Positions 46,431 through 55,521 of a DNA stretch of 59,853 nt are shown here, one piece after another; the first letter of the stretch is position 1, and each line of letters begins with the position of its first letter. The stretch comes from Escherichia phage KS_A8. The stretch lies in the sequence record PP627279.1; one strand, given 5' to 3'. The translations under genes and the position numbers were made by a program. Below the pieces are notes generated by a model. It was not told where the DNA came from, made no database searches, and saw only the letters and a program-made list of their open reading frames with translations.

Positions 46431-48768
46431 CCTCTTCACCTAAGTTTGCCATAATTCCTTCAACATCTTGCGTAATGCGCCAAGCTGCCCCAGTAAATCC
46501 CAGTTTAATAGTCTCCTCCCGTGTTACCGGAACAAGTGCACCCATAGCAACCATCTCCTTGATTGTAGACTCGATTGCAGCGGATAATCCGTGATGATAG
46601 TTTTTAAACGCGGACTTACTTGCAAGACGCGTAGTAATATCGCCCCGCGTGATAATACCTTCTTTGCGCAAATCTACACGTTTAACTTTCACCCAGTCTT
46701 TAGTTAGATAATTCACACAGACCTGACACATAGTACGGATACGAGCTTCATCATTAGTCCCAATGCCTCCGCTATGCCATTCCTTCATAATAATATCCTG
46801 CCCATGACGCACGAAGTCCAAAGCCCATTGCACATGATAGGTTTGTACCACCGGATTGATCCAGTTCTCACCCACAGCTAACAAGGCAGAAAGTCGCAAG
46901 ACCTTTAGGTGAGCACGGTTCCACGGCTGACGAATCGCTTCGTCTTTGGTTGCGTTAATATTGCGATCACATTCATCGTTAAACTGATCGCATAATGCTT
47001 CCGCATCCGGGCTAAACTGTACTTCAATACTCTGATGCTTTGCCATTGTCACTAACGTGTGGTTAACGAGATGGCACACCATGTCCTTCAAATGCTGATC
47101 CATTGTAGTCTGCTGATTTTTGTTTAAAGGTGGTCGATCACCTTCATAGCGTACAACATGGAAACGGGATAAGAATCCATCCTCCATCATTTCACGGGTT
47201 AATGCTTCAAAGAACGTATCCGGTGTCGTTTCGCCCATGATGCTATATGCCACACCTTGTTGAGCTTCAGTATTATTAGCCTTATCAGAATAAGACATAC
47301 CACCAACGATAGACATCTGACCGGACTTTTGATAAACATCGGTAAGGTCATTCTTGAAACTTTGCATCGGCGAGCCTGCTGGAGCCGTTGCCATTGCTTT
47401 GATAATTTTACCGAACTCACCATTCAGGTTGATAAAAGATTGTTTGTCTGCAAAAGATTTACGCAGTGCAGATCCAGAAGCGCATCTATCAAAAGATACA
47501 AAGCTATGAATCTGCGGAAACTGGTCCTGAATCTGGCTAACTATATTAGACAGCCCACTGTTCAACGTCTCTTTACCAACACCAGAACGAGCAATTAAGA
47601 CAAAATATCCATTAAGACCGGATTGCGGGATCTGCCATACTTTCCCGCATACCCCAGCCATAAATCCGAGTGATGTAACAATAGAGATTTCTTTCACTGG
47701 TCTGACGGATGCTTTGTATATATATTTAGCAATCTCCCCAGCAAGCCCCGGCGGCCAGTCAATAGCTGTTGCATCAACGGATGTGCTTTCTGCAACTACT
47801 GTCTGCCCCTGTGTTGTTTCAACAGTTACGGGCATTTCCGCTACCTGCTGCATTGCACTGTGTGCAGCTTGCATACGAGCAGCATAATCCCGCGCCAGCG
47901 CCGCTACGTTTTCCTGGGCAATGCGCTCACGCTCCATGCGACCGCGACACATACGCAAGCAACGGTCAATATGAACATTGTTCTTATTAGCCTTCTCACG
48001 TTTGCCCAGCGCACTATAACGGAACAGACGGCGACATTGCTCATTACTTTCCGTGTAAAATGCATACATAGAAATAAGGGCAAGGTCTGCTTCAGACTGG
48101 GAAGGGAATCCCATTTCAACCCATTCACCATTAAATAACCGCGCATACTTATCGCCGTTATCTGCTTCAAGCGCACGCTGATGAATAGTTGCATCATCTT
48201 CTACCGGATCTTTTTCTACCAGTTCAATTTCATATGTCTTGCGCTGAAGATCAATTTCATTCACAAGCATAGTAAGGTAATGATCACGTTCTGCGACTGG
48301 TTTGTTGTAGACGGGATTGCCCGTGCAGATAATAAAACGCTCCTGACTATAAACCTCGACACCATCACGTCGACGACCTTTACCGATGTTACCTCTTAAC
48401 CACAGGTGAACACCCAGGCCTGAGCGACTCACTTCGGTGTAAGTATCGAACGCAGTCATGATCTGTTCGAAGCGGCGCAACTGATCCGGCGTCGTGTGCT
48501 TCTTGGGATCAGGTTCATTGGTTGCATTCTTCACATCCAGGTCGATGCAGGTGAACGGGTCTTGTGCAGTAAGCACGAATCCAATATAAGGTTTATTGAA
48601 ATGAGCGGCGCAACCTTTGGCAGCTTCAAACGTCATAAGCATATCCGGATCGGTAACGTCCGCCGCCATCAAACGTCCAATATCGCTATCCCATACCAAC
48701 GGCTTTTTATCCGCATCGGCGACCGCCCATTGTGGGAAAGCTTTAATTTCAGCGGGAAACAGTTCCAT
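46426..48768 (-). CDS. DNA primase/helicase (prim-pol-like N-terminus plus P-loop NTPase)
   Basis: 780 aa; N-terminal FTCIDLDVKN and SRSGLGVHLWL resemble prim-pol motifs; central Walker A LIARSGVGKET. Confidence 0.55.
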   Translation of the reverse strand: MELFPAEIKAFPQWAVADADKKPLVWDSDIGRLMAADVTDPDMLMTFEAAKGCAAHFNKPYIGFVLTAQDPFTCIDLDVKNATNEPDPKKHTTPDQLRRFEQIMTAFDTYTEVSRSGLGVHLWLRGNIGKGRRRDGVEVYSQERFIICTGNPVYNKPVAERDHYLTMLVNEIDLQRKTYEIELVEKDPVEDDATIHQRALEADNGDKYARLFNGEWVEMGFPSQSEADLALISMYAFYTESNEQCRRLFRYSALGKREKANKNNVHIDRCLRMCRGRMERERIAQENVAALARDYAARMQAAHSAMQQVAEMPVTVETTQGQTVVAESTSVDATAIDWPPGLAGEIAKYIYKASVRPVKEISIVTSLGFMAGVCGKVWQIPQSGLNGYFVLIARSGVGKETLNSGLSNIVSQIQDQFPQIHSFVSFDRCASGSALRKSFADKQSFINLNGEFGKIIKAMATAPAGSPMQSFKNDLTDVYQKSGQMSIVGGMSYSDKANNTEAQQGVAYSIMGETTPDTFFEALTREMMEDGFLSRFHVVRYEGDRPPLNKNQQTTMDQHLKDMVCHLVNHTLVTMAKHQSIEVQFSPDAEALCDQFNDECDRNINATKDEAIRQPWNRAHLKVLRLSALLAVGENWINPVVQTYHVQWALDFVRHGQDIIMKEWHSGGIGTNDEARIRTMCQVCVNYLTKDWVKVKRVDLRKEGIITRGDITTRLASKSAFKNYHHGLSAAIESTIKEMVAMGALVPVTREETIKLGFTGAAWRITQDVEGIMANLGEEE

Positions 48769-48779
48769 GACTTATCCTT

Positions 48780-48995
48780 TTACAGAGAACCAACCATTGC
48801 ACGACCAACCGCAGCTAATAAACATTCCTTAGTCTTGTTAATGGCTTTCTCAGCATCTAGATAGCTCTCATAATGTCCAAGGTAAACGATAGCACCTGCA
48901 ACCATAATATAAGCTGTGCGGTAATGCATGTAATGCCCAATAAACCAACCCTGTTCCCGAAGCTTAGTTTGACCAAATTCATAAAGTACCATCAT
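48780..48995 (-). CDS. hypothetical protein
   Basis: 71-aa ORF with a hydrophobic central segment. Confidence 0.25.
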   Translation of the reverse strand: MMVLYEFGQTKLREQGWFIGHYMHYRTAYIMVAGAIVYLGHYESYLDAEKAINKTKECLLAAVGRAMVGSL

Positions 48996-49195
48996 GACCT
49001 CCGACGCTTATCGCCTTGCATCTTTTCCAGAGCGGGCACTGCTAAAGAGCGTTTGTAGATGTACTGGTTAGCAATTGTGATAGCGCCCGGGATGCTGTCA
49101 CGTATGCGCGACATCTTAAACTTAGATATGCCATAACGGTCTTCGATTTCCGCCGCCGTTATGTAGTTCAAATCAAACTCCGATTCGTGATCCAT
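48992..49195 (-). CDS. small hypothetical protein, possible DNA-binding
   Basis: Start set at MDHESEF (RBS GGAGGG); 67 aa. Confidence 0.3.
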   Translation of the reverse strand: MDHESEFDLNYITAAEIEDRYGISKFKMSRIRDSIPGAITIANQYIYKRSLAVPALEKMQGDKRRRS

Positions 49196-49260
49196 AATAC
49201 CCTCCGTTACAACCGTCCACACAATACACATTAACGCCTTACTTTGCAACTATTTTTGCA

Positions 49261-49989
49261 TTATTGCGGAGTTGTGATAATATGGTTACCAACTTCTAAC
49301 ATAACGTCCTGCGGCTCCCTTCCCTGTCTTAAGCTAATGAGCCAATTATCAATATTAGGAAGAATATTTTTAGCCTGTTCAGCATCCCTGTATATTGCAA
49401 GGTCTACCCAATGAGCGCCAAGCTTAACACGGATAGCGGTGGCGGTTTCGTAATGGTGCAGGGAACACGTAGGCCAGCGACCGCGATTATGCCAGTCCCG
49501 AACATCACCGCTCCGGCGCATCCTGTACCAGCGTTGTGTCAAAGAATTAGCCTCCTTATCTGTCAGAGGATCCCCTTTGAGCAAAGCTTGGCGCTCTATC
49601 CATGCTTTAAGCTCAACGTTTTCCTTGCGCCCTACTTTACCCTTATCTTCTTTCATCTTAAGTGCTTCTTCATATGGGTCGTTACCCTTGCCCATGTGGT
49701 AATTGAATTTACCCGTATAGCTGCGAAGCTCTTTGGCATCCAGTTCATGACCCAACTTATCGCTCACCCATGCAAGAAAAGCGGCCCGTTCTGCATCCAG
49801 CTTTCCCGCTTTTTGTCTTACAGCTTTTTTAACAGGCTGTTCCACATCTTCGTTGAAGTAATCCTCCACCATAGCAAGCGCCTGTGATTTGGTTGGCGCA
49901 CCGCGCAACTGCGAGCAAGCTTGAGCAACCCATGCAACATAGCACAAATCTTTAACCACAGTTTTAGACGTAATAGTTTCTTCGCTCAT
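49261..49989 (-). CDS. hypothetical protein
   Basis: 242 aa; RBS AGGAGG; first gene downstream of the large AT-rich intergenic region. Confidence 0.35.
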   Translation of the reverse strand: MSEETITSKTVVKDLCYVAWVAQACSQLRGAPTKSQALAMVEDYFNEDVEQPVKKAVRQKAGKLDAERAAFLAWVSDKLGHELDAKELRSYTGKFNYHMGKGNDPYEEALKMKEDKGKVGRKENVELKAWIERQALLKGDPLTDKEANSLTQRWYRMRRSGDVRDWHNRGRWPTCSLHHYETATAIRVKLGAHWVDLAIYRDAEQAKNILPNIDNWLISLRQGREPQDVMLEVGNHIITTPQ

Positions 49990-50657
49990 AAATCCTCCTA
50001 GTCAACTGGTGAAGCCACTATAAAACAGGCATTAGCTATTTGCAAGGATTGTTTTGATATAGTGCTTAGTGGCGTACATAGTGGAAAATTTGCGTATAGT
50101 ACGCGGTTACTAGCTTTGTAAAAGTTTGCCACTATAAACCACTATCTCACTATTCACTAATTTTTATTTTTACACAGAGCAAAGTTTATAAGTTTATGTT
50201 GCTCCCCTTAACCCCTTATGTAAATCTAAGAATTAGTAGTAGTAGTGAAAACGTGTAAATGCCACTATCACTACTATACTATTAATTCTCTAACATTTGG
50301 TGGGGTATACCCCCCTATAAACTTATAAACTTTCAGTCAACTAACTAAAATAAACCAAATTAAAATAATATTAATAATAAGTATAAATATATATAAAATA
50401 AGGATTTATTATTAATGTATATAGTACCTATTGGTATTATTTGACGAGTTTATGGTCATTATATAAACTCTATAAATTTTCATAAACCTGAACGGATGCA
50501 GATCAAAAATGAGAAGTCAAGTGCTTTTGAGGGAAATTTATTGAACTATTGTGATCGGAAGGTATATCAAGCTATAATGCGCTTAATCGCGGGATATTGG
50601 AGGAGGACTTTATTGCGCGGTTAACCGGACCAGTAGGAGGGCTGGCCCGGCAGAAGT
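49990..50657. promoter_or_regulatory. 668-bp AT-rich non-coding region with CCACTAT repeats, inverted repeats and an extreme AT tract (candidate origin/promoter array)
   Basis: No ORF with an RBS; at least six CCACTAT/ATAGTGG copies; 18-bp inverted repeat AAAGTTTATAAGTTTATG / CATAAACTTATAAACTTT about 125 bp apart; GGGGTATACCCCCC palindrome; roughly 80 bp of near-pure A/T (50340-50425). Confidence 0.4.
50017..50045 (-). promoter_or_regulatory. sigma70-like promoter for the leftward gene at 49989
   Basis: On the minus strand TTGCAA-N17-TATAGT, with the -10 formed by one of the CCACTATA repeats. Confidence 0.35.
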
Positions 50658-50984
50658 TTAGAGCTGTACAGGTATGAAGTGGGCTAGCGTATCGTCGGAC
50701 ATAATACCCGACAGTTTTTCGCTTACCCAATCGGACCAAATACTATCCGGTTCCTGGCGGTGTACAAACCAGATTTCGGATGTGCCTTCTTTGCGCATCG
50801 GTTGCACTTCTGCAAGGAACTTGTCCTGCATAAGGCGGGTGAAGCATACGCTGGTCATTGGAACCGGCTTTTCGTCTTTATTGTAATAAGGGACCAATAT
50901 TTTATTTCCGAAGTCGGCAACTTCATAAACCGTTCCTTTACGTAGACCTCTGATGTCAGTGTAAGAGCGGATGAACTTTTTCAT
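50658..50984 (-). CDS. hypothetical protein
   Basis: 108-aa ORF. Confidence 0.3.
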   Translation of the reverse strand: MKKFIRSYTDIRGLRKGTVYEVADFGNKILVPYYNKDEKPVPMTSVCFTRLMQDKFLAEVQPMRKEGTSEIWFVHRQEPDSIWSDWVSEKLSGIMSDDTLAHFIPVQL

Positions 50985-50986
50985 AT

Positions 50987-51163
50987 TTATTTCCTTACGA
51001 ACACAGAGCCGACGAATAATGTTGACTGAGTGGCAGCTTGCTCGATTAATTCGCCAACAAGCTGGGACTGCGTCAGAGGCTTGAGGCCTTCTTTGGCGCG
51101 AGCTTCATTTACACGACGTTGAAGGTCTTTTAAGTATTGAGTTGCGAAACTATCTAATTGCAT
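50987..51163 (-). CDS. small hypothetical protein (58 aa)
   Basis: Not in the ORF track (below 60 aa); ATG preceded by AGGAGTAACGAAA; stop lies 2 nt before the next start. Confidence 0.35.
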   Translation of the reverse strand: MQLDSFATQYLKDLQRRVNEARAKEGLKPLTQSQLVGELIEQAATQSTLFVGSVFVRK

Positions 51164-51219
51164 TTTCGTTACTCCTAGGGCTCCCGCAGAAGCCCGTCAG
51201 TGAACAGTGTGGTTATAGA

Positions 51220-51834
51220 TTATGCGTCCAGGCCGTTGTATTTGCGCCAGGCGTAGAACTGAATGGCTACCGTAGTCCCGTTGTAAGAAGGCATTGCAGC
51301 TTTCATCTCTTTCAGTTCCGGCGTGCGGCCCAGTTCAGCTAAAAGTTTGTCGCCCATTGCCCACACTTCGGCGGTTTTTCCTTTCAGAGGCTTGCGAGCG
51401 CCATTTTTGAAATCACAGCGAGCAGCTTTTACATCCTGTTTTGGCGCGGCAGCTTTTGGCTCTTCAATTTTGATTTCAGAAACCGGCTTGGCAGCTTTTG
51501 CGTGTTTCATATCTTTCTCTTCCTCCTGCTCCAAAGCTTCGAGGCAGCTTTTGACAATTTCCGGATTTACCATCGGACGCAGTACCGAGACGCTGGCTGC
51601 TGGCGCGGCGGTCGGTGCTGGGACTTTCTGCTCCGGCTGTTGCGCTTTTTCGTGATCGCGCAGCACCTGAAGGACTTCCTTTTCGACGATGTAAAAACCG
51701 ATATCGTCCTGATGGATTAACTGTTCGTGTGCATCGCGTGCAACCTGGCCCCAGCGAGTTTTTAGAGCGCGGCGTGCATTCGTTTTCATGGTGTAGCGCA
51801 TTTTATCCTGTTCGCGGTGAGTTACTTTAGACAT
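51220..51834 (-). CDS. Ala/Lys/Glu-rich protein, paralog of the 34452-35261 product
   Basis: Start set at MSKVTH (RBS AAGGAG); low-complexity centre and C-terminus ...FYAWRKYNGLDA matching ...QYARWKKFNG of the other gene. Confidence 0.35.
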   Translation of the reverse strand: MSKVTHREQDKMRYTMKTNARRALKTRWGQVARDAHEQLIHQDDIGFYIVEKEVLQVLRDHEKAQQPEQKVPAPTAAPAASVSVLRPMVNPEIVKSCLEALEQEEEKDMKHAKAAKPVSEIKIEEPKAAAPKQDVKAARCDFKNGARKPLKGKTAEVWAMGDKLLAELGRTPELKEMKAAMPSYNGTTVAIQFYAWRKYNGLDA

Positions 51835-51907
51835 GGTATAGCTCCTTTCGTTAAAGTTAGTTTGCTTATTACTGCCCACCGTAATGATGAGCAGTGTATA
51901 AGAAAAC

Positions 51908-52156
51908 TTACTGCACGATTGCTACGAAATCGGCGGTTGCGATATCCATGCTTGCGAAAGCAACGATGCCATAGTCGGTGTCGTTTTCGGCGTTAAAAGC
52001 TTTGAGGAACTGCTGTACCGCTGCTTTATGGTTAAGCGTTACGTCGATAGCATAGTCCCAGCTATAGACTTTGCGCTTGCCAAAACCTTTAACTGCAATG
52101 CGTGCGCCTTTGGTGTTAGTTGGTGCCAAAAATTTGGTGACGATAGAAGTAGCCAT
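51908..52156 (-). CDS. hypothetical protein
   Basis: 82-aa ORF. Confidence 0.3.
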   Translation of the reverse strand: MATSIVTKFLAPTNTKGARIAVKGFGKRKVYSWDYAIDVTLNHKAAVQQFLKAFNAENDTDYGIVAFASMDIATADFVAIVQ

Positions 52157-52225
52157 GATGTATATCCTCGTTTTGTTTAAGTTGACTTATTATTGCCCAG
52201 TCAGATCAACTAGGCAAGATATAAA

Positions 52226-52438
52226 TCACTTAATTTGTACCAAATCGTATTCTTTGTAAATTTCGCTAATGTACATATCGAACTGACCCATTAAGAAGAT
52301 TTCGGCCTCCTCCCAGCTTGGGGCAGATACATAACCGGCTATTTTACCGGACGCGAGTTCCACTAATTTGAATTCCATGATGCAACCCTTAATGTGGTTA
52401 AGCAGTATTGCTTTGTTGAAGTAATAATAGCCTTGCAT
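52226..52438 (-). CDS. hypothetical protein (first leftward early gene)
   Basis: 70-aa ORF next to the divergent promoter region. Confidence 0.3.
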   Translation of the reverse strand: MQGYYYFNKAILLNHIKGCIMEFKLVELASGKIAGYVSAPSWEEAEIFLMGQFDMYISEIYKEYDLVQIK

Positions 52439-52589
52439 CGTGATATTGAATAGGCCAAAAGTGCGATTTTGATATTGTTTTGCATCTAGTGAAAATTATG
52501 CTTGCCATGCATATTTAGCACTAATGGCCTAACTAACATCACATTATCTGGCGTATTCGCGCGGGCGCACACATGCTTATAAGGTGGTG

Positions 52590-52715
52590 CCGGATCGACC
52601 AGGTGGGAGCGGTGCACAGGATCGACCAGGGGCATCCGGTGCCCTGCGTGTGCGGAGCCTACCAGGTGGAAGCAGCTCCTGCGTGTGCCGGAAATACCAG
52701 GGGCGCGCGAGCCCA
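52590..52715. repeat. GC-rich degenerate direct repeats in the divergent control region
   Basis: GGATCGACCAGG at 52592 and 52619; ACCAGGTGG at 52598 and 52671; ACCAGGGG at 52625 and 52696; CTGCGTGTGC at 52644 and 52679. Confidence 0.4.
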
Positions 52716-52756
52716 TGCACTTTACAAAATATTTTTATAAAAAGTGCAAAAAGGTG

Positions 52757-52785
52757 TAGACACATGATCGGTCTAGCACTACTAT
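52757..52785 (+). promoter_or_regulatory. sigma70-like promoter for the rightward block
   Basis: TAGACA-N17-TACTAT about 50 bp upstream of the 52838 start. Confidence 0.3.
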
Positions 52786-52837
52786 ATACACATACCGCAA
52801 GGGTACTACAAATTAACTAATTCACGGGGGGTACAAA

Positions 52838-53101
52838 ATGGTCCGCATCCTGGAACGTTATAAAAACGAAGCTACTGGCGCTATTGCATTCAAACGCATG
52901 TTAGTAAAACAAATCGACGGTTTATTCCGTGTCGTTAAAGAAGTCGATTACGGCAACGGCGCAGGGGTGAGCACCACTATCGTCCCGGGCATTAAAGCGT
53001 ATAAAACTTTAAAAGGGGCCGAGAAAGCCTTAGCCGCCTGGAAACCTGCTCGTTATCAATTGACCCGTGTCGAAGGGCTTATGCAGGAAGGTAAAATCTA
53101 A
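52838..53101 (+). CDS. hypothetical protein
   Basis: 87 aa, RBS GGGGGG. Confidence 0.35.
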   Translation: MVRILERYKNEATGAIAFKRMLVKQIDGLFRVVKEVDYGNGAGVSTTIVPGIKAYKTLKGAEKALAAWKPARYQLTRVEGLMQEGKI

Positions 53102-53169
53102 GTTTGTTTATACAATGGGCATTAATACAGTGCCCATTAATAAGCTAACTAATCCTATCGAGGTATATT

Positions 53170-53454
53170 ATGTCCATCGTTACTATGTCGTTCTTCGACC
53201 ATTGCAATAACGAAAAACAAATTATCGTTAACCTGCAAAAAGGGTTGGTTGTTGCACGCAATGCTAACCGTCAATGCATCGCGCTAACCGATTTTGCTTT
53301 CCGCCTTAACGTGGACAACACCACCGCCAAAAATATCGTTCACGATACGGCGATGGAAGCTGCTCATGCTGCGAAGGATAAAGGTATCCGCGCAGCACGC
53401 GAAATCATGCACAAAGCGCTCGGCATCACGTTCTTCGTTGGCATTAAGGGGTAA
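53170..53454 (+). CDS. hypothetical protein
   Basis: 94 aa, RBS GAGG. Confidence 0.3.
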   Translation: MSIVTMSFFDHCNNEKQIIVNLQKGLVVARNANRQCIALTDFAFRLNVDNTTAKNIVHDTAMEAAHAAKDKGIRAAREIMHKALGITFFVGIKG

Positions 53455-53459
53455 CTACT

Positions 53460-53603
53460 ATGGCACGCAAATACTCGCTTACACGCGCGCAGCACGCGCT
53501 ATTATTGCAGGTTATGCGCATGGAGTACGAAGAGACTACATGGGCGCAGGCTATGCAAACTGGGCGCGAGTTCTACGCGCAATTAATAGCACAAAATGCC
53601 TAG
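53460..53603 (+). CDS. small hypothetical protein (47 aa)
   Basis: Not in the track; ATG 53460 after AAGGGG; the overlapping 53294-53656 track ORF is in another frame. Confidence 0.3.
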   Translation: MARKYSLTRAQHALLLQVMRMEYEETTWAQAMQTGREFYAQLIAQNA

Positions 53604-53661
53604 ACAACATGATCGGTCTGGTGGATACTACACACATCAACCAAACAACGGGGTAAACAAA

Positions 53662-53901
53662 ATGCGTAGTTTCAAATGTGTAAGCGTAAACGATAATGCT
53701 AAGGCTAGTGCTAAGGGTCTGTTCACAGTAGGTAAAGTGTATGACTTCAACATGGAAAGTTATATACACATAACCCTCACGGGCGTAATGTTCGGCGACG
53801 TTGGTGCTGTACGCTGCGATTTAAACAAGTACACGGAAAAGGAATATGCCCTTATCAGCCGCTACACGGGCGAGCCGTTAGCTGTGTTCCATGCAGCTTA
53901 A
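53662..53901 (+). CDS. hypothetical protein
   Basis: Start set at MRSFK (RBS GGGGTAA); 79 aa. Confidence 0.3.
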   Translation: MRSFKCVSVNDNAKASAKGLFTVGKVYDFNMESYIHITLTGVMFGDVGAVRCDLNKYTEKEYALISRYTGEPLAVFHAA

Positions 53902-53928
53902 GCTATAACGCACACAGCGCCACGCTAG

Positions 53929-53967
53929 CGAGCTAATGCACAAAGGCAATGGTAATGCATTAGCTCG
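53929..53967. repeat. 12-bp perfect inverted repeat (stem-loop/operator candidate)
   Basis: CGAGCTAATGCA (53929-53940) and TGCATTAGCTCG (53956-53967) separated by 15 nt. Confidence 0.4.
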
Positions 53968-53978
53968 GGCGAAACAGG

Positions 53979-54050
53979 CGCACAGCGTCGCGCACAGCTC
54001 GCACAGCGCACACCGACCCACGCAGGCCCAGCCGCGCGACCCGACCCATC
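53979..54050. repeat. GC-rich CGCACAGC and CGACCC direct repeats
   Basis: CGCACAGC at 53979, 53991 and 54000, followed by CGACCCA, CGACCCG, ACCCATCC. Confidence 0.35.
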
Positions 54051-54335
54051 CTTTTCCAGGTACTTGGATCGCTGGGGCGTGCCCTGTCCATCCTGATAGT
54101 AAGTGCTTGTCTAAATCTCACCCATCACTTTACTATCCACCTACATCCATGACCCCCCACCTACCTTCTTTTTGAATATATTGCGCTCATCCTTTCTAAA
54201 TATATGGATTTTGGTAGTAAATCCTGAGTCGTCAACGTATAATTCGTCTTGTAGCTGCTCCATAGCTACCATCTTTAAGCGGATGCAACCAATTTCTATC
54301 AATTCTTACCAGTTTTAGAGCATCAAGGAGGTATT

Positions 54336-54593
54336 ATGTGCGACTCCAGTGCAAGCGCTACACCCAGCACCTCCAGCAATGTGGTTACAGAGGTAAATGC
54401 AATGCGATTAGGTCCATATCGCGGCTATTATGGTCGTGCTGCATGGAATGACGCTACTCAACGTTTTGAAGGCTGGATTATCTGCCCGGAACGTGTTAAA
54501 TTTCACTCCGTAAAAGAGAAAAATATCGTTCTTAATTTTCAAAAATGTGTCACTAAATATGTAGAGGAGCAAGAAGAATGTCTTACCAATTAG
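54336..54593 (+). CDS. hypothetical protein
   Basis: 85 aa, RBS AAGGAGG. Confidence 0.35.
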   Translation: MCDSSASATPSTSSNVVTEVNAMRLGPYRGYYGRAAWNDATQRFEGWIICPERVKFHSVKEKNIVLNFQKCVTKYVEEQEECLTN

Positions 54594-54946
54594 CATTAGA
54601 AGCTGCTGGATGCGAAGTATTAGATTTTGTTGAGTTTGGTTGTTATCAGGGTGAATGGCTTGCCCTGATAAGAAAAGATGGTGTATTGGGAGTTTGCGAA
54701 GGGTCTTATGGATCATGCTCTGGTTGCGATTCATTTCAAGCTGAATTTGGCTGGGATGATGATGAGGAAAGTCCCGATTATCAGAAACGTCTTGCTGAAT
54801 TTGGTGAAAGTTACTTACCAGCTAACAGCTTTGAAGAAATGATCGCCAAACTTCAAAAGGATGTTGAGAATTATGATTGGGATGACGATTATAAATCTAT
54901 GCTAGAAACTGTTCGTGAATGGCAGAAAAATATAGGACAAGTATAA
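54578..54946 (+). CDS. hypothetical Cys-containing acidic protein
   Basis: 122 aa with CEGSYGSCSGCD cysteine cluster. Confidence 0.3.
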   Translation: MSYQLALEAAGCEVLDFVEFGCYQGEWLALIRKDGVLGVCEGSYGSCSGCDSFQAEFGWDDDEESPDYQKRLAEFGESYLPANSFEEMIAKLQKDVENYDWDDDYKSMLETVREWQKNIGQV

Positions 54947-54997
54947 TTATCAATCTATAATGGGCTCTACGGAGCCCTTAATTATCTGGAGGTTGTT

Positions 54998-55300
54998 ATG
55001 CTGTATTTAGGAATGGACGAAACTGGACACGCAATTCCTTCTGTTAACAAAGAGACGCAAGTATTTACAGACTATTACGGGTCTGCTATCCCTGTAGAGC
55101 CCTGGGCAAACTTTATTGCTGTAGACGCAGACGGTAAAGTTCATTGTTATGACGCCAAACCTTCTTGCTATGAATCTGGTAAGCAATGGATGCTTGGCGT
55201 ATACGGTTTGCATGTCCGCTACTGCGGTGAAGTTGACCTTGAAGGTATGGACTGGCGCGATACGCTAAGGGAAATCAAAGAATATAGGCTTAACCCATGA
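54998..55300 (+). CDS. hypothetical protein (paralog of 33421-33675 product)
   Basis: 100 aa; shares AVDADGKVHCYDA and VDLEGMDWRDTLRE segments with the minus-strand paralog. Confidence 0.35.
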   Translation: MLYLGMDETGHAIPSVNKETQVFTDYYGSAIPVEPWANFIAVDADGKVHCYDAKPSCYESGKQWMLGVYGLHVRYCGEVDLEGMDWRDTLREIKEYRLNP

Positions 55301-55521
55301 AAATATTCATGATACTAGGCGTTATACTTGCCGCTTTCGTTGTATTTGCAATTGTAGACTCTAAAGAAATGGAGCGGCAGAATTGTCAACGTACTGGTAA
55401 CAGCCGGGATGATATCATTTGGCAATATATTTACGATGCAAAGGGTAATGTTATGTCAATGTATCCTCAGGTTATTACTGAGTATGAATATAAATGTGAT
55501 GACCGTAACAGGTGGAGATAA
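55297..55521 (+). CDS. membrane-anchored hypothetical protein
   Basis: 74 aa with N-terminal transmembrane helix. Confidence 0.3.
   Translation: MKIFMILGVILAAFVVFAIVDSKEMERQNCQRTGNSRDDIIWQYIYDAKGNVMSMYPQVITEYEYKCDDRNRWR

Noticed and set aside
50674-50886. 70-aa plus-strand ORF antisense to the 50658-50984 gene
   Set aside because: Nearest Shine-Dalgarno is about 37 nt from the ATG; kept only as a note under the antisense-promoter finding.
53294-53656. 120-aa ORF overlapping two better-supported genes
   Set aside because: Different frame from the RBS-supported 53170-53454 and 53460-53603 ORFs; Arg/Ala-rich translation typical of an off-frame read.
53936-54175. 79-aa ORF in the GC-rich repeat region
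   Set aside because: Low-complexity translation driven by CGCACAGC/CGACCC repeats, no RBS, overlaps the inverted repeat.
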